In this document: piece after piece, positions 55,674-64,000 of the stretch
Numbering within the stretch: the stretch's first letter is position 1
How the letters are laid out: every line of letters begins with the position of its first letter
Position numbers and translations under genes: made by a program
Origin: Bacteroidia bacterium
GTDB lineage: Bacteria; Bacteroidota; Bacteroidia; NS11-12g; UBA955
Assembly: GCA_965659745.1 (NCBI GenBank)
Contig: CBFHXF010000002.1
Span: forward strand, 2,676-66,675
DNA length: 64,000 nucleotides
Reading direction: 5' to 3'
The notes under the pieces: model-generated
What the model was told of the DNA's origin: nothing
What the model saw: only the letters and a program-made list of their open reading frames with translations
Databases searched by the model: none

Positions 55674-58628
55674 ATGGAAGTTGTAAATACAAAAAGATTT
55701 GAGGTAGTTTTTACTTTTGTGAATCATCCCTTTTTTGGGATGGTCGTAGAAGCCAATGCCATACAGTTGCTAGAAAATGGCAATCCGTCGCTTACATTTC
55801 AGCGCATTCGCAAGCAAAATGCAGATTATTATGGATTAGACGACAATCAGAAAAAGGCTGTTAACATCATAGAAAATTATGAAGTAGATCAAATAATGAA
55901 GAAATTTTACACGGGAAATAAGAAAATCCGTGCCACCGATTTCTTCGCCAAACATTTTAATGAAGATGTAAAAAAACTGGTTCGGGAAAATATCGAGAAT
56001 AATCTGGTGAAGCTATTAAATATCATCAAAGATTATCCATTGTATCGGTCTGGGAACTTGGGTGAGCCCATGGGTTCTCGATTGCATTTCAGCAATGAAC
56101 CTGCTACAGTTCTATTTCATTTCAGACGTGACGAAGAAGGTATCAACTATTTTGTTACCCTGCGTCATAAAGATGAAAAAGTGCATATTTATGAAAAAGA
56201 TGCCGAGTTATTAGTAGGAAAGCCCGCATGGTTGCTCACTCGCGATAAACTCCTATTTTTCCACGAACATATCGACGGAAATAAAATCAAACCGTTTTTT
56301 AGCAAAAAACACATACATATAGATCCCAAGCAAGAAGAATTGTATCTTCAAAAATTCGTACTTCCCCTTCTCGAAAATCACGATGTTTTCGCAAAAGGTT
56401 TTAGCATACAAACCGAACAATTGGAGGTGCGTCCTGTATTAAGAGTGACCAAAGTTCTGGAACATGCTCCACAGGCTATATTGTATTTTCAGTATGGAAA
56501 TTGGCAGTTTCCCTATCACGTAGATAAACGGGTAAATGTGCGATTAGCAAAAGAAAACGATGAGTATACCTTTTATCGAATCAAGCGCTCCTACAAAACG
56601 GAAAAAGAGAAAATTAAGATTTTATTAGAGCTTGGATTGGTGCATGGAGAGGGTAGTATCTTCAAAAGTGAAACAGAAGATGCTAAAACCTATGCACTGA
56701 TAGAGTGGTTAAATGACAATACCGAAAATCTCAAGCGCGAAGGATTTAAAATCGAACAAGACTTCAACGAGATAAAATACCACCTCGGAACGGTTGAGCT
56801 AAAAGTAAAAGTAAATCAGTCAGACGATTGGTTTGATGTAATGGCCATCGTGAAATTTGGGGAAGTTGAAATTCCTTTTAAGCGTTTACGAAACCATATA
56901 CTAAATAACAAACAAGAGTTTGTATTACCCGACGGCTCTGTCGCAATCATTCCCAAAGAATGGTTTGCACGTTTTGCTAAAGTTATAAACTTCTCGGAGG
57001 AAACAGCAGAAGGCCTGAGAATCAAAAAAATACATTTGAGTTTGTTAGAGGATATTCAACCCTTTATGGAGGAAGAATTGCCTTCATCTGATTGGGTGGA
57101 AACCATTACAAATCAGGGAATACCCGAATATGATTTGCCTCAAGGCTTTAAAGCCACTTTGCGGGAATATCAAAAGCAAGGATATGACTGGCTACGATTT
57201 ATTTTAGAAAACGGACTTGGCGCGTTGTTAGCCGATGATATGGGATTGGGTAAAACCATCCAAACATTAGCCGTTATACAACATATAAATCTAGATTATA
57301 AACAAGGCCCTTATTATAGTAAGCGTCCTTCCCGCGAACAATTACAGGAATGGTCGGAAAAGCCAGAACATAATGATACATTTTGGGTGGGACCTGCCGT
57401 TGTAGTATGTCCAAAATCTTTATTATACAATTGGAAATCGGAGGCAGCAAAGTTTGCTCCTGATTTAAAAGTATGCATTTACAACGGACTTGGAAGGCAT
57501 AAATTGATAGCAGATTTCTCCGAATTCGATTTGCTTATTATGAGTTACGGAACCCTACGCAACGATACCGAAATCTTGCGCAAATTTGAGTTTCGTTTGA
57601 TGGTATTAGACGAGAGTCAAGCCATTAAAAATCCTTCCTCGCTAACTGCCCGGAATTTGCTCAAAATACCGGTAAAGAAAAGAATTGCCCTCACTGGTAC
57701 CCCAATTGAAAATACATTAGCTGATGTTTGGAGTCAAATGAATTTCTTAAATCCTGGACTTCTAGGTAGTTTTACGTACTTCGAAAAGAATTTTATTAAA
57801 CCTATCGAAAAAACAGGCAATGAAAGGAAAACAAAAGAATTAAAACGATTTATAGATCCCTTTGTGTTACGTCGTACCAAAGGCCAGGTAATGAAAGACC
57901 TTCCCCCGAAAATTGAAAAAATTCATTACTGTGAGATGAATGAGGAGCAGGAAGAGCTGTATGAAAGAGTAAAGAGCCAATATCGAAATGAAATTTTGAG
58001 CCATGTAAACCAGGTAGGTATCAATAAATCTAGATTGAAAATCTTCAACGGCTTGATGCACTTGAGACAATTAGCGTTGAATCCTATACTTAAAGAACAC
58101 GATTACCAAGGTAGTAGTGGCAAGGATGAAGAAATCATTCATATGTTGGTACGCGCCATTGAAAACGGACATAAAATTTTGTTGTTTTCACAGTTTGTAG
58201 GGTATTTGAAAAATATTGCAGAAATACTCAAAGAACAACATATCGATTTTTGCTACTTAGACGGTTCAATGGACGAAAAAGACCGCGCAGAGCAAATTGA
58301 TATTTTCCAAGAAAAGGAAGGAATTAAAGTGTTTCTTTTGAGTTTGAGAGCCGGAAATAGCGGTTTGAATTTGACGGCTGCCGATTATGTATTTCTGGCA
58401 GACCCATGGTGGAATCCTTTTACCATGAAACAAGCGGAAGACAGAGCCCATAGGATCGGACAAAATCGTACGGTTATGAGTTATAAGTTCATCACCAAAA
58501 ATACCATTGAGGAAAAAATCCTATCCTTACAACAGCGGAAAACCAAACTAGCAGAAAGCATTATTCCAGATGAAGATACCCTCTTGAATAATCTAGATAT
58601 GCAAGAATTGGAAGAACTTTTGAGCTAA
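55674..58628 (+). CDS. SNF2-family DNA/RNA helicase (RapA-like) with long N-terminal domain
   Basis: 984 aa with helicase motifs LADDMGLGKTIQ (I), LDESQAIKN (II), LTGTPIEN (III) and QAEDRAHRIGQ (VI). The first ~500 aa carry no motif I can name. Confidence 0.85.
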   Translation: MEVVNTKRFEVVFTFVNHPFFGMVVEANAIQLLENGNPSLTFQRIRKQNADYYGLDDNQKKAVNIIENYEVDQIMKKFYTGNKKIRATDFFAKHFNEDVKKLVRENIENNLVKLLNIIKDYPLYRSGNLGEPMGSRLHFSNEPATVLFHFRRDEEGINYFVTLRHKDEKVHIYEKDAELLVGKPAWLLTRDKLLFFHEHIDGNKIKPFFSKKHIHIDPKQEELYLQKFVLPLLENHDVFAKGFSIQTEQLEVRPVLRVTKVLEHAPQAILYFQYGNWQFPYHVDKRVNVRLAKENDEYTFYRIKRSYKTEKEKIKILLELGLVHGEGSIFKSETEDAKTYALIEWLNDNTENLKREGFKIEQDFNEIKYHLGTVELKVKVNQSDDWFDVMAIVKFGEVEIPFKRLRNHILNNKQEFVLPDGSVAIIPKEWFARFAKVINFSEETAEGLRIKKIHLSLLEDIQPFMEEELPSSDWVETITNQGIPEYDLPQGFKATLREYQKQGYDWLRFILENGLGALLADDMGLGKTIQTLAVIQHINLDYKQGPYYSKRPSREQLQEWSEKPEHNDTFWVGPAVVVCPKSLLYNWKSEAAKFAPDLKVCIYNGLGRHKLIADFSEFDLLIMSYGTLRNDTEILRKFEFRLMVLDESQAIKNPSSLTARNLLKIPVKKRIALTGTPIENTLADVWSQMNFLNPGLLGSFTYFEKNFIKPIEKTGNERKTKELKRFIDPFVLRRTKGQVMKDLPPKIEKIHYCEMNEEQEELYERVKSQYRNEILSHVNQVGINKSRLKIFNGLMHLRQLALNPILKEHDYQGSSGKDEEIIHMLVRAIENGHKILLFSQFVGYLKNIAEILKEQHIDFCYLDGSMDEKDRAEQIDIFQEKEGIKVFLLSLRAGNSGLNLTAADYVFLADPWWNPFTMKQAEDRAHRIGQNRTVMSYKFITKNTIEEKILSLQQRKTKLAESIIPDEDTLLNNLDMQELEELLS

Positions 58629-58634
58629 TACAGT

Positions 58635-59315
58635 ATGCCTTTGGGTTTGTCTGAACAAAGCGAATGGCATTCTTGGTTTATTGAGAATGGGTTGATAGAA
58701 AAAATTCAATCTATGAATGAATTCATCGACCAAAAGCGATGTAAAGGCGTTCGTATATTTCCCCCGGAAAATCAAGTCTTTAGAGCATGGGAATGTACGC
58801 CCTTTGAGCAAATTAAAGTGGTCATTATAGGTCAAGATCCCTACCATGGGCTAGGCCAGGCCAATGGACTGGCATTTAGTGTAAATAAAGGCATTAGCTT
58901 GCCTCCATCATTGCGAAATATATTCAGCGAGATACAAAGAGATATCCCTGGAACTAAATTATTACATGGAGATTTGACTTCATGGGCACAGCAAGGTGTA
59001 TTTTTAATGAATACCATTCTCAGTGTGGAGGAGGGGATGCCCTTGTCGCACCAAAATTTGGGATGGAATTCTATTACGATGGCTACTATTTAACGGATTG
59101 CGCAGCAAAAAAATCCAGTTGTTTTTATGCTCTGGGGAAGCAAAGCCCAGGATTTATTAAAAGATATTGAAATTAAGAATCACGTCGTATTGACATCTTC
59201 GCATCCAAGTCCATTATCGGTGTATCGCGGATTCGCTGGATGTTCCCATTTTAGTCAAGCAAATTTATTTCTCCAAAGCAACGGAATTAAAGAAATTGAT
59301 TGGAGCATTCGTTAA
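58635..59315 (+). pseudogene. ung: uracil-DNA glycosylase interrupted by one in-frame TAA (59091-59093)
   Basis: The two ORF-track pieces (58635-59093 and 59127-59315) are in the same frame. Together they are colinear with family-1 UDG. GQDPYHG lies in the first piece and HPSPLS in the second, and the junction reads GWNSITMATI*RIAQQKNPVVFMLWG. Confidence 0.85.
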
Positions 59316-59375
59316 GGAATCTGTACACCGTGCTTGTGTGTGAATATATTGGAATAGTTGCCTGTGATAATTGAT

Positions 59376-59383
59376 TACTTTTG
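59376..59383 (+). promoter_or_regulatory. -7 promoter box (TACTTTTG) 3 nt upstream of an in-frame GTG of the ftsE-like gene
   Basis: The sequence reads TACTTTTG-tat-GTG. The ORF-track TTG start lies inside the box. Confidence 0.4.
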
Positions 59384-59386
59384 TAT

Positions 59387-60076
59387 GTGGAATTTCCAAT
59401 AAAAATAGAACAAGCCACTCTTTATCAAGGCAGAATACCCATTTTAAAGAATATCGACTTAACCGTACATCCCGGTGAATTTGTATTTTTAGTGGGCAGA
59501 ACCGGTTCCGGTAAGTCAACCATTTTGAAAACCTTATATGGGGAAATTCCTCTTACAGAAGGACAAGCAGAGGTAAGTGGGATGCAGTTGAATGGTTTAA
59601 AAGAATCTAAAATTCCATTTTTACGCAGACAGTTGGGCATTGTTTTTCAAGATTTTCAATTATTGAGCGATCGCTCCGCTATCGATAATCTGTTATTTGT
59701 ATTAAAGGCAACAGGATGGAAAAAACAAGATGTTATGTTGGCGAGATGTAATGAGGTTTTAGGCATTGTAGGTCTCGAGAATAAGGGTTATAAATATCCC
59801 TCAGAGTTAAGCGGTGGAGAACAACAGCGCTTGGTAATAGCACGCGCCTTACTTAACAATCCTAAATTGGTTTTAGCCGATGAACCTACTGGAAGTTTGG
59901 ATCCACGGGTAAGCGATGAGGTTATGGAATTGCTCCAAAAAATTTGTGCGGAGGGCACTTCTGTCCTTATGGCTACCCATGATTATCGTTTGATTCAAAA
60001 GTATGGTGGAAGCATATACGAGGTAAAAGACCAAAATTTGACCTTGTTGCCAGATGTTACTTACCTGAACTGGTAA
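59387..60076 (+). CDS. ftsE: ABC ATPase, FtsE-like (cell-division ATP-binding protein)
   Basis: Walker A GRTGSGKST, signature LSGGEQQR and Walker B LVLADEPTGSLD, with a size of about 229 aa. No ftsX is adjacent. The start is GTG at 59387 or TTG at 59381. Confidence 0.75.
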   Translation: MEFPIKIEQATLYQGRIPILKNIDLTVHPGEFVFLVGRTGSGKSTILKTLYGEIPLTEGQAEVSGMQLNGLKESKIPFLRRQLGIVFQDFQLLSDRSAIDNLLFVLKATGWKKQDVMLARCNEVLGIVGLENKGYKYPSELSGGEQQRLVIARALLNNPKLVLADEPTGSLDPRVSDEVMELLQKICAEGTSVLMATHDYRLIQKYGGSIYEVKDQNLTLLPDVTYLNW

Positions 60077-60088
60077 TAGATTTCAAAA

Positions 60089-61579
60089 TTAGTTTAACGG
60101 AGAAATGCGATAAAGCTCCAATACCCCATTTATTCCTGTATCGCGGTATAATCGTGTGAATTTTACATATGGTTGTTTGGGGGGATTCGACATAGAATCA
60201 TAACTCAATTTGGTTCGATTCATCCGACCGTGAGTAAAAGAGAGCCAATATCCAGGACGTAAACTAAGATCTTCAAAGGGAATAAACTTTAAACGGTGCA
60301 AAAATTTTCCATTTGCCTTCATCTGTGCCGTGTCCATTCGTTCATTGCCTTTTATTGAATCCAACAAATAATCATATTCATATGCATTTTGAACGGTAGC
60401 TGCATTTTGTGTGTATACCAGGATGGTTTTTTGAAGTCCACGAAAACTTTGTTTTTGATCGTCGTTTATTATTCTTCGGCTAATCGCAATTTGTTCATGG
60501 ACCCTATTGGGTCGTGTTTTTGCCATAGGTATAAACCACTGGGTCGTATTCCAAACAAAAAGGCCAATTGAAAACACAAGAGAATGCTGTAATAGACTTC
60601 CATTTCGAAGGGTTAGAATGAACAAAAAGGGAAGAAGGATCATGAATTCAATATTTCCTACGGAATACCAAGCGAACACAAGTTGAAGTAAGAATGCTAT
60701 TGCATATGGACGATACCAATCGCTTTTTTGATAGCGGTATCGGCGTTCGCGTATATAGACTACGGCACCCAAAAGTATCAAAATGAACAACAAGATTGCG
60801 ATACCCGAATAATAAGGGCTCCAAAGGTTCCAAAAAAGCACAATATCACCGTGTATTTGAAATAAGGTACGAACAGAGTTAACAGCAAGGAATACAAAGT
60901 TTTTTAAATTGGGGATGGTTTGTACCAATCCTGCTTCTACGTCTTGAAATAATAATATATTAAGCGAAGTACCTGTGGTTAAACCCACCGCCGAATAGGT
61001 TAATATTGGCACGAATAGTCCGAGAATTAACGGATAATAATTTCGATATTTTTTCCAATCTCTTGGGAAAAGTAATCCTATTAACCAAAATATGTGAATT
61101 TGATGAAACAACGTGGCAATGCCTAACCAAATAGCTGCGCGAAAAGGTTTGTTGTTTTCATATAAATACGAACCGATTAAAGACAGTAAAATAGGGTAGA
61201 AGTACACTTCGTTTTCGATATTGTACTTTGTAAAAGCAAAACCGGAAAGTAAGAATAAAAGTGCTAAATAGATTCGATTTTGAGACCAATGACGATGCTC
61301 TAAAATCTTCATTAAAACAAAAACACAGCCAAGAGAAACGAGTAAATGAAGGGTACTAAAAAACAGAAGGGGATCATCCGTTAGGTGTAGAGGATGAATT
61401 ATCAACCATAGATCTTTTAAAAAATATTTGTGAAGTAGATGGTGTGAATTCCAAAGATCACCTTTTATCAGCTCACATGCATAACCATAACTATCACCCG
61501 TAAATTCTAAAGGGGGAAATAGGAATCTACCTACAGCGTAGATAACCAGTAATAGCCAAAACAAACCTTTTCTTGCCAC
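60089..61579 (-). CDS. polytopic inner-membrane protein, function unknown (possibly GT-C-type glycosyltransferase-like)
   Basis: 496 aa with a GTG start, roughly a dozen hydrophobic helices and a C-terminal ~130-aa soluble part. I cannot name a catalytic motif. Confidence 0.4.
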   Translation of the reverse strand: MARKGLFWLLLVIYAVGRFLFPPLEFTGDSYGYACELIKGDLWNSHHLLHKYFLKDLWLIIHPLHLTDDPLLFFSTLHLLVSLGCVFVLMKILEHRHWSQNRIYLALLFLLSGFAFTKYNIENEVYFYPILLSLIGSYLYENNKPFRAAIWLGIATLFHQIHIFWLIGLLFPRDWKKYRNYYPLILGLFVPILTYSAVGLTTGTSLNILLFQDVEAGLVQTIPNLKNFVFLAVNSVRTLFQIHGDIVLFWNLWSPYYSGIAILLFILILLGAVVYIRERRYRYQKSDWYRPYAIAFLLQLVFAWYSVGNIEFMILLPFLFILTLRNGSLLQHSLVFSIGLFVWNTTQWFIPMAKTRPNRVHEQIAISRRIINDDQKQSFRGLQKTILVYTQNAATVQNAYEYDYLLDSIKGNERMDTAQMKANGKFLHRLKFIPFEDLSLRPGYWLSFTHGRMNRTKLSYDSMSNPPKQPYVKFTRLYRDTGINGVLELYRISPLN

Positions 61580-61586
61580 GGATACA

Positions 61587-61594
61587 CAAATATA
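61587..61594 (-). promoter_or_regulatory. -7 promoter box (TATATTTG) 7 nt upstream of the GTG at 61579
   Basis: Minus-strand match to TAnnTTTG. It sits back-to-back with the plus-strand box at 61628. Confidence 0.4.
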
Positions 61595-61627
61595 AGCATT
61601 GAAGTACGGTAAAATAAAGCCGGTGGC

Positions 61628-61635
61628 TATCTTTG
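61628..61635 (+). promoter_or_regulatory. -7 promoter box (TATCTTTG) 5 nt upstream of an in-frame TTG at 61641
   Basis: The sequence reads TATCTTTG-taaac-TTG. It lies inside the ORF-track N-terminal extension. Confidence 0.4.
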
Positions 61636-61640
61636 TAAAC

Positions 61641-63047
61641 TTGGACGCATTAAATAATCCTATTTTTCAGAAATTGTCAGACACTGCAGAGGCCTTGTCT
61701 ATATCCGCTTATGTGGTTGGCGGATATGTTAGAGATTTAATTCTAAATACGCAGAGTAAAGATTTAGACATTGTGGTTATCGGCTCGGGAATTGATTTTG
61801 CCGAGGCTTTTCATCAACAATTAAACGATTCGAATGCAAGCATTAATGTTTTCAAGAACTTTGGTACCGCTCAGATCAAATACCACGATTGGATTATTGA
61901 AATAATTGGGGCTAGAAAAGAAAGCTATCGCAAAGATTCTAGAAAGCCAATCATTGAAAACGGAAGTTTGAGCGACGATCAAAATCGAAGAGATTTTAGC
62001 ATAAATTCCCTTTATTTATCTCTTGGGAAATCCGACTATGGAAGCCTTTTAGATCCATTCAATGGCGTGCAAGACATTCAAGATAAAATAATTCGAACGC
62101 ATCAAAATCCAGATATAACGTTCTCTGACGATCCGTTGCGCATGCTCAGAGCCATTAGGTTTTCTGCTCGATTGGGATTTGAGATTGAGAAAGAAACATG
62201 GGAAGGCATTAAAAGAAATGCGAACCGTATCGAAATCGTTTCTCAAGAAAGAATTAGCGATGAATTAAATGCAATGATAATGGGCAAGAAGCCCTCGGTA
62301 GCCTTTAATTTGCTATATGAAAGCGGTTTGCTACACTATTTCTTTCCCGAATTGGTAGCCTTACAAGGCGTTGAAACAAGAGACGGTCTCTCACATAAAG
62401 ACAACTTTTATCATACATTACAAGTATTGGATCAGATATGTGTATTGACCGATAATTTGTGGCTACGCTGGTCGGCCATACTTCATGATATCGCAAAACC
62501 TGCAACCAAACGATTTGAACCCGGACATGGCTGGACCTTTCACGGTCATGAAGACCGGGGTTCTCGAATGGTAAAAGGTATTTTTAGAAGGATGAAATTG
62601 CCCTTAGACGAGAAAATGCGTTATGTAGAAAAATTGGTTGCGATGCATTTAAGGCCAATAGTGATTTCCAAAGAGATCGTAACAGATAGTGCTGTAAGGC
62701 GTTTAATTGTAGAAGCCGGTGATGATATTTATGATTTATTAAAGCTCTGTCAAGCAGATATAACGAGTAAGAATAAAATCAAGGTTCAACGCCATCTAGA
62801 CGGATTGAAAATAGTAGAGCAGAAAATACAAGATGTTATCGAAAGAGATGAATTAAGAAACTTTCAACCTGTGTTAACGGGTAATCATATTGTTGAGCGA
62901 TATCAAATTACCAAGCCTCAAGATATTGGTGTGATAAAAAATGAGGTGCGCGACGCGATTTTAGACGGTCGCATTCCAAATGAATTGAGTGCTTCATTGG
63001 GTTTGTCCGATGAAATAGCCCTTAGATTGGGGATTTCTAAAAAGTAG
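61641..63047 (+). CDS. CCA-adding tRNA nucleotidyltransferase / poly(A) polymerase family protein with HD domain
   Basis: Pol-beta NTase motif YVVGGYVRDLIL...DLDIVV, RDFSINSLY, and an HD domain (HDIAKP ... HGHEDRG). There is no in-frame ATG near the N-terminus, so the start is TTG at 61641 or the ORF-track TTG at 61599. Confidence 0.8.
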   Translation: MDALNNPIFQKLSDTAEALSISAYVVGGYVRDLILNTQSKDLDIVVIGSGIDFAEAFHQQLNDSNASINVFKNFGTAQIKYHDWIIEIIGARKESYRKDSRKPIIENGSLSDDQNRRDFSINSLYLSLGKSDYGSLLDPFNGVQDIQDKIIRTHQNPDITFSDDPLRMLRAIRFSARLGFEIEKETWEGIKRNANRIEIVSQERISDELNAMIMGKKPSVAFNLLYESGLLHYFFPELVALQGVETRDGLSHKDNFYHTLQVLDQICVLTDNLWLRWSAILHDIAKPATKRFEPGHGWTFHGHEDRGSRMVKGIFRRMKLPLDEKMRYVEKLVAMHLRPIVISKEIVTDSAVRRLIVEAGDDIYDLLKLCQADITSKNKIKVQRHLDGLKIVEQKIQDVIERDELRNFQPVLTGNHIVERYQITKPQDIGVIKNEVRDAILDGRIPNELSASLGLSDEIALRLGISKK

Positions 63048-63105
63048 AAAATACAATTGAATTATAGAGAATCCGTCTTTTTTTAAGATTTTTGCTGTAA
63101 ATAAA

Positions 63106-64000
63106 ATGATAACCTTACCTAGACTACGAAATAATCCCGAAGAAGTGATTGCACGTCTTGCAATTAGAGGGATAGACGCCAAATTAATGATTGAAGAAGT
63201 TCTCAAAATAGACGAGGAAATACGGTCGTTAAAGTCGGAAATGGAGTCTTTAAAAGCAGAAAGCAACGCTAAGGCTGCATCTGTAGGTAAGCTTATGAAG
63301 GAAGGAAAGATTGACGAAGCCAATAAAATAAAAGAGACAGCTGCACAATCCAAGACTACCATCAAATCAATGGAGGAAAAATTAGCCGAATTGGATGCGT
63401 CATTGTTTGATCAATTAGTGGTGATTCCAAATCCACCTGATGTGAGTGTGCCAACCGGAAAAAGTGCAGAAGATAATAAAACAGAAGGCGTTTTTGGAAC
63501 CATGCCCCAATTACCAGAGGGCAGTGTGCCGCATTGGGATTTGGCGAAGAAATATGATTTAATCGATTTTGATTTAGGTGTTAAAATTGCGGGAGCTGGA
63601 TTTCCCGTATATAAAGGTAAAGGGGCTATTGTTCAAAGGGCATTGATTCAATTTTTCTTAAATGAAGCGGGAAGAGCTGGATATACAGAAATTCAACCTC
63701 CCTTGATGGTGAATGCGCAAAGTGGATATGGTACAGGTCAGTTACCCGATAAAGAGGGACAAATGTATTATGTGAATGAAGACGATCTGTATTTGATTCC
63801 AACAGCGGAAGTCCCTATTACCAATATCTTTAGAGATGAAATGATAAAATCGGAGCAATTTCCTATTAAATATTGCGGTTATACGCCATGTTTTAGAAGG
63901 GAAGCGGGAAGTTACGGCGCACATGTAAGAGGATTAAATCGCTTACATCAATTTGATAAGGTTGAAATTGTGCAATTGGTACATCCTGAAAAAAGCTATG
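63106..64000 (+). CDS. serS: seryl-tRNA synthetase (3' end beyond window)
   Basis: Absent from the ORF track because it runs off the right edge. My translation from the ATG at 63106 reads MITLPRLRNNPEEVIARLAIRG. It continues with a coiled-coil arm, HWDLAKKYDLIDFD, LIPTAEVPITN and the class-II motif 2 segment CFRREAGSYG. Confidence 0.93.
   Translation, partial: MITLPRLRNNPEEVIARLAIRGIDAKLMIEEVLKIDEEIRSLKSEMESLKAESNAKAASVGKLMKEGKIDEANKIKETAAQSKTTIKSMEEKLAELDASLFDQLVVIPNPPDVSVPTGKSAEDNKTEGVFGTMPQLPEGSVPHWDLAKKYDLIDFDLGVKIAGAGFPVYKGKGAIVQRALIQFFLNEAGRAGYTEIQPPLMVNAQSGYGTGQLPDKEGQMYYVNEDDLYLIPTAEVPITNIFRDEMIKSEQFPIKYCGYTPCFRREAGSYGAHVRGLNRLHQFDKVEIVQLVHPEKSY

Noticed and set aside
59091-59093. 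Possibility that the TAA in ung reflects stop-codon reassignment
   Set aside because: TAA terminates many well-supported genes in this same window at the expected protein length, for example porU at 12368-12370, accB, rplU and ftsE. A genome-wide reassignment is therefore not tenable.
58982-59170. 62-aa ORF spanning the ung break, which could suggest a frameshift
   Set aside because: The two UDG-homologous pieces are in the same frame and are separated by one TAA, so no frameshift is needed. This third ORF is in a different frame and has no UDG similarity.

Overview
This 64-kb window looks like a core chromosomal region of a Bacteroidota genome, probably Flavobacteriia-like. It is AT-rich (about 40% GC by eye) and gene-dense. 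Three things support the taxonomic call: gldJ and the type IX secretion genes porU, porV and a porP/sprF-family gene; many TAnnTTTG '-7' promoter boxes; and almost no Shine-Dalgarno sequences. I support about 50 protein genes (gatB, gyrB, accB/accC plus an acyl-CoA carboxyltransferase, rplU/rpmA, folC, fmt, rnr, pcm, pepP, serS and others), one RNase P RNA and one tRNA-Gly. I found no transposase, integrase, CRISPR array, phage genes or long repeats. The points most worth a second look are listed here. (1) A Dlt-like adenylase / GNAT / carrier protein / membrane-anchored SGNH cluster sits directly behind gatB and runs off the left edge. (2) A HlyB-type ABC membrane domain with no ATPase domain sits in a tight module with HlyD- and TolC-family genes, next to a polyprenyl-phosphate sugar transferase. 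(3) ung is interrupted by one in-frame TAA. (4) A perfect Shine-Dalgarno precedes an ECF sigma gene in an otherwise SD-free window. (5) A -7 promoter box recurs 3-5 nt upstream of start codons, including GTG and TTG, which suggests leaderless or near-leaderless mRNAs. (6) Two giant T9SS type-B-CTD surface proteins have no adjacent PorP/SprF partner. All functional calls come from motifs I recognise by eye; no database search was run.
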